This document shows positions 1 to 11,600 of a DNA stretch of 64,000 nt, in pieces (position 1 is the stretch's first letter; every line of letters starts with the position of its first letter). The translations under genes and the position numbers were made by a program. The stretch covers positions 62,001 through 126,000 of the forward strand of contig KZ537994.1 in NCBI GenBank assembly GCA_000934665.2. The letters are read 5' to 3'. The stretch comes from Catajapyx aquilonaris (taxonomy: Eukaryota). A model generated the notes under the pieces. It did not search any database and had not been told where the DNA came from. It worked only from the letters and a program-made list of their open reading frames with translations.

Positions 1-261
1 AAATGTATGCACAAGGAGCAGGCTAACTGCTTATGAATAAGCTAGGAAGCATGAATCTCATTGTAATTATGTAATTAATTTTAAAATTTTTAAAAAGACA
101 ATTAGGCTGGACATAATTATTGTACATAACTGGGTAGTGTTATTCATGAAATGATGTGAACGTGGGAGGTTTCACAAATAAGGAAAAGCTTCCATTAGAA
201 TTAATTGTAATTATTTTTCAGGTGTAAAAGGCAATAAGCATCGACCAGCATATAATTAGCA

Positions 262-1336
262 ATGGCTTTGCAGCTGTTTGAGCAGAAGGATGTGGTGAAG
301 ATATGTGCGCCAATGGTGAGGTATTCCAGGTAAGTCCACATGCAACGACCCAGCAGTTAGCGTACAATATTTTTGACCGTTTGTTCTTCGTAGGCTTCCT
401 TTTCGTCTACTAGTCCGCAAGTACGGCTGCGACTTGGCATACACACCGATGATTATGGCTGATTCGTTTGTGAAGTCCAAGCAGGCCAGGGATGAGTTCA
501 CGACCGTCCCGTCTGATCGCCCGCTCGTGGTCCAGTTTGCGGCTAATAATGCGCATGATATTGCTCTTGCGTCTGAACTGGTTGCGGGTCATTGTGATGG
601 AGTGGGCATCAATTGCGGCTGCCCACAGCGATGGGCCCTACAGGAAGGGGTTGGCTGCTACCTCATGCGGCACCCAGAATTGATTCAAGACATGATCCGC
701 CAGACACACTCGAGGGTGCCGGTCCAAGACTTTACCATTTCAGTGAAGGTTTGTTCATACTGCATCGTACGTGTGTCAATCCCTGGAGAATTTACTTTAT
801 TGTTTCTATGCCAGATACGGCTACATTCAGATCTGCGGCAGACTGTTGAGCTGTGCCGACGAGCCGAGTCGGCTGGTGCATCATACCTATCAGTGCATGC
901 CCGTCGTGTGGACCAACGTCGGGAACCAGCTGATATGTCTGCACTGTCGGTGCTGACCAGCAGTGTGAACATTCCTGTGGTGGCCAATGGGGATGTACGC
1001 AGCTTGTCTCATGCCAGGGAAGTTACTGCTGAGACTGGAGCCAAAGGAGTGATGGTTGCTCGTGCTCTGTTACGAAACCCAGCCTTGTTTGAAGGATGGG
1101 AGTACACTCCTACATGCTGTGTGAAAGACTGGGTCAAAATTTCAGCCCAGACAGGAACCCTCTTCCCCTGCTTTCACCACCACCTCATCTACATGTGTCA
1201 GGACAGTATCTCTCGAGCTGAGAGGAGATACTTTAATGTCCTCTCTAGCACTAGTGCCGTCATGGACTATCTGAACCAACACTATTTTATGGAGGACAAT
1301 GCCAACTCTCTCTCACCAGATGATGTGAACAGCTAG
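262..1336 (+). CDS. DUS4L: tRNA-dihydrouridine(20a/20b) synthase, DUS4-like (3 exons, 314 aa)
   Basis: Exons 262-329, 394-748, 815-1336 join in phase via GT-AG introns. Motifs ICAPMVRYSRLPFRLLVRKYGCDLAYTPM, PLVVQFAAN, INCGCPQRW (catalytic Cys), PVVANGD, GVMVARALLRNP and C-terminal CFHHHLIYM match the Dus4 family. Possible 5'UTR acceptor at 220-221; AATAAA at 1465-1470. Confidence 0.93.
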
Positions 1337-2643
1337 CAGTTGGTGTAAAACCATTCCTGACATGTGTTAAGGCAGTGAAGACTGGTGAAAATTTATTTTT
1401 AATTTACAAACTGTAAATCTTCCTAATGTTACAGGGTCTTTTATGTGACCGTGTTTTTACCAAAAATAAAGATGCGGACAATTCCATATGCAAACTAGGG
1501 ACCCAGTGAATAACACTCAAACTTCCAGGGTTACTCTTTAGCAGAACTTTATTTCTCATTTGAAAATTTTAAAATAGAAGCACAAACAAGCCATGTGCGC
1601 CTGTGAAAACCACAAGACAAGTTTACTGCACTGTACCCAAAAAATCCACGAAATGCCTCTGAAATGCACACGTCATTACAAGTGTGCTAAGGGGACTTGA
1701 TCAGCTACAATTTGCCATCATTACCAAAGCATGTATATAATAGCAATAATAATTATAATAACAAGGGGATGGCTATAATAACAATAATGCATTTTACTCT
1801 CTGGTTGGAGGTGGAATAGAAGGGAAAGCCACATAATAATAAGAGGGGATGGAACTCTTTTTGTCTTCAGGGAGGTGCATGGAATAGGTACAAGGTTTCA
1901 AAAATGAACAAATCAGTTTGGCCTGAAATCAATCCTATTGACCACTCAGGTCCAACGGAGGCAAATTGGTAACACTTATGGCACAAAAGGAATAGAAATA
2001 AGGCAGGTTATTATACACGGTTTTTCTTCCTCACTGTTTGTCTCCAAAGGCAAATAAAATGCCCTCAGCAGGAAGGTTAGGACAAAAAAAGCTAGTCTTT
2101 TCTTTTTATTATAACACGAATAGCCTTCACCATTACAGTATTTTCTTCCCCCGGGAAGTATACAGTAAAATAAAGCAAGCGTCCTAACCTAACCCCCAGA
2201 GTCTTCTGGCAGCGTCAAAATTCACAATCAGACTTCATTATTTTTTTAAAAGCCCCCTCCCCCCCCCTTTCGTGGTTATTAAACATTTTCACCCTCTGTA
2301 CAATGTCACGAAGCACTTGCAAAAAATTGCCATTAATGACTATGTAATTCAGTCTCAAACATTGTCCTAGAACAATCAGTAAGGAGAGGCCAGGAAAAGG
2401 CATGGGTAGTAGAGGGGGGTTGTGACTGGGCCGGATTATTTCCAGCCTCGAGTCTCCTGCTCTCTTACCCTTCTCCCAACCCCCTTTCACTCGCATATCT
2501 CTCACTCTCTTTCAGTAGAGTGTTAGGACTTCATTCTCTTATGTACACACTGAGAAGCACCTAAATGGAGAGTCGGAGTAACAAGGAGGGTGCTTGCGCA
2601 TTGATAAAAATTGCATCACAATAAATTACAATCAGGTTGGATT

Positions 2644-5600
2644 CTACGATCCGGAACCTGTGCTGTGGTGGTGGTGGTGGTGGTGGTGGTGGGGAGGGTT
2701 AGGACTAGGCGTTGACGCAGACGGTGGTGACAGTGATGGTGAGGGTGGCGGAGACAGTGGAGGAGGTGACGGTGCTGGTGAAATGGGGCGGATGTGTGGG
2801 TGCTGGTGGTGTGTTGCAGGTTGTGGCTGCATGTACCCCCACTGCCCAGTGGGGACCAGATATGTGGTGTTGCCCCTCACTCCCTGGACAAAGGGAACCA
2901 TGCCCATTTGCCCTGTGCCTGTTTGGATGTAATAGCCAGCTATGGTCGGCTGCTGCACCTGTCTACACTCTACCTCCCTGTCATCATCATCATCCTCATT
3001 GTCAATGGGATGTTGCTGGTGGTGGGAGCCCCTGGGAGAAGCGAAGAAGTCGCTGGACTCACTTCCGTGAGACCTAGGGGTGGAACGAGACTGGGGGTGC
3101 TCATGGGTGGGAGTTCCAGGGAGTGACGAGGAAGAATTCAAGCCTAGACCAGGCACAAAGGAGAGGGATGGGGTGGAAGCAGGACTGCTTCCATGGCTTC
3201 CACCGCGGCTGCCGGCGTGGCTTCCAGAGTGACTGCCACCATGGCTTCCAGAATGGCTACCTGCGTGGCTGCCACCATGGCTGCCTCCTTGGCTACCCAT
3301 GTGACTGTTTGAATGACTTCTGCTCTGCTGCATTGAATAGGGTGCAGGGGGAAAGGGACAGAAAGCAAATAATTGTCCCATGGCTGGTGGTTGCTGCTGC
3401 TGGTATTGTTGTTGCTGTTGCAGCAGTGGAAAAGCCTGGGAGCTCTTCTGCTGGGTCCTCATCTGGTGAAATGAATCCAACTCCTGCTGATGTTTGCGCT
3501 GCAAGTCCTCGCGTTCTGTCATTTGCCTGCATAGTGGAAAGCAACATTTGTTACTGAAAATTGCAAAGTTGCAAATTCTTTCTTATAAAATAGCCCCATG
3601 TCATGTGAGAAGTATGAAGAGTTTATTTTGCAGCTTCAAATGTTTAAAAAGCTACAATCCCTTAATGTATTTAAAAATGTAATTGCTACATTTTTCATTA
3701 ACCACCACTGCTGATAAAAGCTCAGATGTTTGTGTTTTGTACCATTACATGTGAAAGTCTAAAAAAAGACTGGTTGTCTCCACATTGTGGCTCGGGACAT
3801 TTATTGGACATCACTGATAAGATATTTTATACACCGTAGCTGAAACTTTCACTTGTGTGCTACTCTTAAAAATGGCAACACTCACTTTCTAAGGAGTTGC
3901 TGGAGTTCATCATCAATTCCACTCTCTTCTTGGCCTTCTCTCTGTATATCCGTCTGCGATTCCTTCTGCAATTCCGTGAAACTGTCTGACTGTAATATGA
4001 AAAAACAATGACAGTCAGATCGAGATGTGGCAGCCATTCCTAGGCCATAAGCAGAAATTAACTCCATGGGAGGCTACACTGCTGTAGAGCAAAACAACAC
4101 ATTAGCTCACATGTGAGATCATTGGAAACTAATCACAACTCCCCAACACCACATTTATCTAAACCCACAGGACAAAACCATTTGGCTCCAGCAGCTTCGT
4201 GGCCTGCAAAACATTGTGCCTATGCATTATGTGCATACCTACACCGGTAAGTGATGCACTAACCTGAAAAAAGCATCTATTAACTACCTGTGAACTTTCC
4301 CAAGCCCTTTGTTAGTCGACAAAGACACAGCTGGACATGACATGTACAATGTGACACTTGCATTGCTTTGAGAATCTCCAACATGCATGTGGCACATTGC
4401 ACGTTAAGACGAGATAGGGGGACAGCACAATGAGCAGCAGTTGAGGATGCAACAACATGAGAGAGCCCCCTCACCCTTACCACTCCTCCCTTCTTCCCCG
4501 ACATGCGTCTGATTCTCTCCTTGGCTTGATGAACCTTCTCAGGAGGGCTCCTCCTTCTGACTAGTTCTTCCTCTTCCCCTCCTTCATCCCATCTGGATCT
4601 GCGAAATCTTCCCATTCCTCGCATATTCCTTTCCTCAGCCACTGCTTTCAATCTATATTGGGATGGTGGAGGTATCACATGTGAGTAAAACATGTCATCT
4701 CCCCAGTCCTCATCTTCTTCAGTGTCCCCCTCTGTCTCTGTGCTCTCTTCTTCCACTCCCCACTCATCACTTGACTCCTCATGGGGCATAGCATGTATGG
4801 TATAGTAGTGGGCCTCATTGTGCCTGTTATCCCCATGAGTGTAGTGCCTTCTCCTCCCTCCTGCTGGCTTGCCAGAACCGTGCAAATCATACATGCTGTG
4901 AGCACTTCTCATCCGACTCTTCAGAATATCCCAAGGCTCTTCCATACTCCGACCATGCTGGTGTCTCCTTCTTCCACCATCCTCTTCTTCCCAGGAGAGT
5001 TCTGCCATGGTCTGCGATCGCCTTAGTCTAGGAGCTTGTTGCTGTGGTATCCCATACCCCTTCTTAAGGTCAGCAGCACTGCCTGTCCATCGTCGCTGCT
5101 TTGGACGCCCTTCCATTACTTCCGCCTCCCTGAGATCGGACAGGCTGCCATACACAGCCTTCTTCTTTGGTTTAGCTGAATCCACTGAAGGATAGCGGAC
5201 ATACGGGGGGGTTCCATGCTTGGTGGTGGTGTCTGACTGAGTACGACAGACAAGTTTATGACTGCCTGAAGTGGCACTGCAATGAGTCTTCTTGCCCTTC
5301 TTCTTGTAGCGGCCCTCTGCAACATATGGCCGGTGTGGAGGTAAAGAGAGCTCTTCTCCAGGAATTTTCTTCGGCAGCGAAAATTCAGAAGGAAGTGACA
5401 CGGGGACTTCGGTGTGAAAGATGTTGTTTCCAGAGCTGCCCTTATTGGTATTTGATTTTGGGTCAGCCTTGCTCCTCTGAACCCAAACAAAGAAAAAGTG
5501 TAATAAATTATTGGGAGGGTGTTACTAACAGATAAGTTGCGGTACATGTGTGAAAAATGTATCATCTTGCTGAACCAAATCAGGGTTAAATTAACGTAAT

Positions 5601-8600
5601 TTGAATCTGAGTATCAGTGAGGTATTCTGATTCCAAACATTTATGTGGGTTATTTCTTTTCCATACATGTCATGGACAATAATTATACTTTAGTTCTCCT
5701 TTAATCTTGAAAACTCAAAAAAAAAGTCAAAGGGGTGTGTGTGCACATGATAATTTAAGGACAGTAAAGGGCACCCAACTATTACCGCTACTATTTGTAA
5801 AAAACTATACTGCAAAAAAATGTTTAAAATCAATAAATACTAGACCTTTGGCATTTTCCTTATAGATGACAGAAAAAGGCAAATTGTGCAGACACCACCA
5901 CTTCTTTGCAGGCACTTCACATAATAAAACTTGATATGCAAACTGCGCCTTTCTTCCTAATGGATCATGATAGCTGTGTGATTCATATTCTTACTGATAA
6001 GAAGCCTTTCATTACTTAATTTTCCCCAGGGGCATGAAGACTGTAGACTAGGATGATGAGTCATTTCGGTGACATTCCAGAGTGTGAAGGTCATTTTTGT
6101 AAACAATGGGCACTGAGATGAAAGCAATTAAGGTCACTTTTGGATATGAACTACATAACCACAGGTCATTATTTTGTATTTGTACAACAAGAAATGTTAA
6201 AAAAATAAAAAATAATGTTGACCCAATATGAATACACTGAAACCTGTCTGTAGAGGAATCACTCAGTTCTAAAAATTAGATTTCCTTACCATAAAGATAG
6301 TATTACAATGGAAATCCTTCATCAGGACCAAACACAAGTTCCACAATGGACACGTTTCTGCTGAATCAAGGATCTGATACGGACAGGTTTCACTGCGTTA
6401 CACTGACCAACCCACTCTGGAAATTACCAGATATTTACTGCACTGTAAAGAAACAACGGGAATGTGTCCCATACACTCAATTCCTCACGATAAGACATGT
6501 ATGTACACTCGTGAAGGATTCCTAAGGTCAGCCTCGCAAACAAAATAATGATAAACAAATCTAATCACAACTTAAAAGGTAATTCTCTCTCTCTCAATCT
6601 CGCTCCACCCCTTCTCCCCCTCCTCTTCCTCACCTCCATTACTTGATAACATTGCAGAGATTTCTTCATGGAAGCACAGATATCCTATGTATCAGGTTTA
6701 TCTTTTGATAAGTTGTAATATCCATTAATATACAGGGTGGTGCACTGCCCAAGTCCATAGCCTAAGCACTATAAGGGAAGAAAGGTCACTCTGTGACAGG
6801 CCTGTGGCATCTTAGGGGATCCTCTTTTAAATTGCTGACTTCGAGACCTGAATGATTATGGATTTTGATTTTGGAAAGGAAATGGATCATTCCATGAAAA
6901 CCCAAGCATACACTGATATAACCCATCATATCCTTTTCCACAGGATAAAATACTCCTTCATCTCATCAGGATCTAACTCAGGACCTCTGGCGAAAGGCTG
7001 TGACAGCCTACACCGAGGGTGGTCAAACATTTTTCTCCGTGGGCCGCAGAGAGATTTTTAAAAAATTGACGGGCCGCATCTAACAAAAAAAATTTCAACT
7101 TATAAAAAAGTTTACAATTGAATAGTTTGGTGGAAAAACAGGATATGTCCACTTTTGTTACTTTCGAGAAAACAAAGAAAAACTTAATTCCCGGAAAATT
7201 TAAAAAATGTTTCTTATGACAATTTTTTGTTGAATAGGATGATACCAAAGTCAACATGCACCAGAATATGAAGTTTGAACGGCGCATATACACATTCTAC
7301 AGTGGAGTATAATGTGGACAAGTCTTGTTTTAGCACTGAATGAGAACCAGACATGTCCAAATAAATGATTTTTGTGTGTATGTAGTTATGAGCATGGACA
7401 ATTTTTTCTCTCAATTATAGGCATACATAGTGATACAAACTCATCGCCTATCAGACATTCAGACTCCTCATCACTCTGTTCAGTCATACAGCAGCACTTT
7501 AGTGACTTATACTAATGGGGCATTCCACGTCAACTAGGACCACTTTTCCGACAAATATTTTCCGATTTCAACAAATATTTATGAGTTTATAATAGTTGTC
7601 ATTGTACGATGTAAGGAACTGAGATTTTGTCTCTCTGTGACACGTGCTTGCGAAACTACATGGTGTGTAATTGCGATTTTTCACTCATTTGACGCTGTCA
7701 GGGCTTGTAATGGAGGCCCCTAACCTCTGAACCCCTAAAGTGAATTCAAATCTGATACATGATTTTGGAAGCTCTTCTAAAGGCCTTTAATAATATCGTC
7801 TTGAAAATAGCCGGGATAAAATCTTTCAATTTCAAGAGGGCGCGGGCGGTTAAATGTTGATTTTAATATAACTCAAAGTTCGGAACTTTTGGGATTTTTT
7901 GAATGGACCTGAAAATGAAGCGTGAAATGTGTGAGCTTCATGTTTCCAAAAAGTATAGAAGGTGACTTTTGGAATTTCACCCGCGAGAGTGAGAAAACTC
8001 ATCCGGTGCACGCTCTGGACAGTATGCTGGTCACTTGGGAGGGCTGTATTTCCTCAGTAGACTACATGACAGGTCTGAATTCTGTACCAAAAGATGCAGA
8101 ATGGCCACAAGATGGCAGAACCACCCATAACTCATTTTCGGGCAAAAGTGGACATATCCGGTTTTTCCACCAAACCCATCAATTATATATCCATCAGTTT
8201 AAATGAACTTCCATTAATTGCATAAATTTTTATCTTTAATTTTCTGACAATCGATAAAATTAGCTAAATATATCAAGAAAAATGGCCTGTATAAATAAAA
8301 AACAATATTTTTGTGAATTTAAAAGAATTAAAAAGAAACGCACAGGCATAAAATTTCCTATTTTAATTTTTCAACATTTTCAGGAATACCGAAATTTTTG
8401 CGCAGGCCACACAAATTGTCTTTGCAGGCCGCAATTTGCCCACCCCTGGCCTACACCATCAACCTGCCATATGTTGCTTCTCTAATATAGTGTCTGCAAA
8501 CAGGCCACAATTTCTACTCTGTTCATCAGACAATGCACCAACCTGTGTGTACATCTTTGGAACAATATGGCAAGAGGTACACTGGAAATGTTTTTTTAAA

Positions 8601-11600
8601 AAGCACCTTTATATGAAAACATGCTCTGATGCATGTCATTTTGCCATGTCTTAAGTTTGTAGTGTGAAACTTGAACATGTACACAGCATCCAATACTCTC
8701 ATTGTAGTTTATAATCCAATATTTTCCTGACTTTCCCAAAGGTTCCTTAGTATGCCTGCCTATAACTCACTACTGGCACCCAGCATCTTTACGTGCAATA
8801 ATGAGAACCCTCGGCCAAGACCACTTCTCAAAGTGTTACACAATTTCATCAACATTGTCATCAACACCACAATACAATACTTTTCCAGCAGAAACTTATC
8901 AAGACATTTACAATGTATAAACCTAACACTTGGAGATTACCATTAAATGCTGGCCAAAACCCTCCAAGTGAGCTCCTCACAATGAAACTAGACTGAATGT
9001 CGCACAAGTGCAAGTGAAATGTCACCATAGGGTTACCTTATCCCACATTTGAATGAACAATGAATGCCCGCATGAAAGATTAGATAAAATCACGGTAGGC
9101 TATAATCACATTTGCTCATGCAATGTTGCTTTTTGAATTAAGAGTGCTGCAGAAATATGAACATTTTCTAACCTGTGATGGCATCGCATTCATAGTTGGG
9201 TTGAGATGCAGAATGCTCATATCAGGTGAAGATGTGCTTTCCCTAGAGGAAGGTGGCAGCACGGAGACGAGGCTCTGGTTTTGGGCCATGGCCAGTAAGG
9301 GCACCAGTCCTCCACTTGGGGACTGGCCCAGCACCGGCAGCAGCCTTCCTCCTGGCCCCATTGAAGAGTGTGTATGGCCGCCAGGAAAAGTATAGTATGG
9401 GGTGTTGCCCAGCATCTGTGCGCCATGGAAGGTGGGTGGTGCAGAGGAGACACTTGAAACAGTGTTGGTGGATGATGACGATGGCGAGTCGGGGAGTGGC
9501 AGGGTGCAGGGTGGAAAGGCTGTTGGAGCTGGAAAGTCTGGGATAAATGGGGTGGGAGTGGGAGGCGTGAGAGCAGGAGTTGCAGTTGGAGTTGTCGGAC
9601 TGAGTGCAGGTGCATCCTTTTCAAGAAGTTTCTCAAACACCTCATCTTTGTGTGTCACTATGCAGAAACGACCTTTGCGCATTGGGGATGTCTCTGGCAA
9701 TGATTCTGAAATTGCAAAGAACATAGAATCATCGTAATTGTGGGCCACAACACATTCACGTCAAAAGAAATTAAAACCCTACAGAAATTAAAATGATTTA
9801 GCAACACACTCACCAGTCTCTGCCTTTGCCGCTTCATCAACAGCTGTAACCTGAAACCTGGACACCTTCTGGACAAGGCCGAGGCCATCAGAAGTGATGA
9901 TTGCCGCATCACTTAGTGACCTTGCTCTTACATAGCTTTGGTTGCTGAAGTGGCCAGAGCCTGTTGGAGATGGTGCGGTGGGAGAGGGTATTCCAGGAGA
10001 CGGGATTCCCACTACAGGCATTACAGGGGTCTCAGCACCAAGTTGTGGCACTTGCATCCCTGTTAAAATGGGGGCTGGGGCTACTGCGGCCACATTCTGG
10101 AAAGGGTCAGTTGCTAGCGTTGCTCCACCAGGGACGCCCTGGGGAATCACCTGGGTACTCATCAGTGGGATGGGATGGGCTAAAACTTGTTGGGGGTGGC
10201 CCTGCATGGGCGGTAAGTGGGCAGTTATGAGAGGAGTGTGCAGATCACGGCCACGATACCCAGAGTGGATCTTGGCCAGTTCCTGATCAATAAAAAGTGT
10301 AACATATATATTCAGTCATAAAATTCCTCTGTGAATAAAAGTCAAGCCCCAGAGGAATACCACACTCTGAGAACAACAACTATAAAATTCTCACCTGCTC
10401 CAAATCATGCAGGTCAATAGCATGTGGTCTGGGCCTGGCTGTGCGAGTAACATCCTCCTTAACTTGGACTTGAGACATGCTAGCAGCCGCTGAGCATGGA
10501 GCAGATGCAGAGGCAATCACAGTAGTTGCAGTGCTTGAAGCAGAAACCTGTATATGACCTTGCTGCTCCTGCAGCCCAGTCTGTTGTTGCTGTTGATGCT
10601 GCTGTTGTGCTTGCATCTGTTGTTGCTGTTGATGCTGTTGATGCTGCTGTTGTGCCTGCACCTGTTGTTGCTGTTGTGCCTGCTGTTGTGCCTGCATCTG
10701 TTGTTGCTGTTGTGCCTGCTGCACTGGCATCTGTTGCTGCTGTTGTGCCTGCTGCACTGGCATTTGTTGTTGCTGTTGTCCCTGCTGCACTGGCATCTGT
10801 TGCTGTTGCTGTGCCTGCTGCACTGGTATCTGTTGTTGCTGCTGTTGATGCTGCTGTTGTGCTTGCATCTGTTGCTGTTGCTGTGCCTGCTGCACTGGTA
10901 TCTGTTGTTGCTGCTGTTGATGCTGCTGTTGTGCTTGCATCTGTTGCTGCTGTTGATGCTGTTGATGCTGCTGTTGTGCCTGCACCTGTTGTTGCTGTTG
11001 ATGCTGCTGTTGTGCTTGCATCTGTTGTTGCTGTTGATGCTGCTGTTGTGCTTGCATCTGTTGTTGCTGTTGATGCTGCTGTTGTGCTTGCATCTGTTGT
11101 TGCTGTTGATGCTGCTGTTGTGCTTGCATCTGTTGTTGCTGTTGATGCTGCTGTTGTGCTTGCATCTGTTGTTGCTGTTGATGCTGCTGTTGTGCTTGCA
11201 TCTGTTGTTGCTGTTGATGCTGCTGTTGTGCTTGCATCTGTTGTTGCTGTTGATGCTGCTGTTGTGCTTGCATCTGTTGTTGCTGTTGATGCTGCTGTTG
11301 TGCTTGCATCTGTTGTTGCTGTTGATGCTGCTGTTGTGCTTGCATCTGCTGTTGTTGCTGTTGTGTTTGCATCTGTTGTTGCTGCTGTGCCTGCTGCTGC
11401 ACTGGCATCTGTTGTTGCTGTTGTACCTGCTGCTGCACTGGCATATGCTGTTGCTGCTGCTGCTGCGCTTGCATTTGTTGTTGCTGTTGTGCCTGCTGCT
11501 GCACTTGGATCTGCTGTTGCTGTTGTGTTTGCTGCTGCATTTGCATTTGTTGTGCCAGTTGTTGTGTTTGAATCTGCTGCTGCTGAACTTGTGCAAGTTG

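Noticed and set aside
6053..6116. C/D-box snoRNA-like ATGATGA...CTGA
   Set aside because: No terminal stem, no recognisable guide, and antisense to the host WNK transcript.
9779..9813. 35-nt intron using the tgtag acceptor
   Set aside because: Too short and does not lead into the downstream frame without a stop; the acceptor before 9705 is in phase.
10981..11340. 36-bp repeat array resembling CRISPR repeat length
   Set aside because: Head-to-tail units with no spacers, inside a eukaryotic coding exon; no cas genes.
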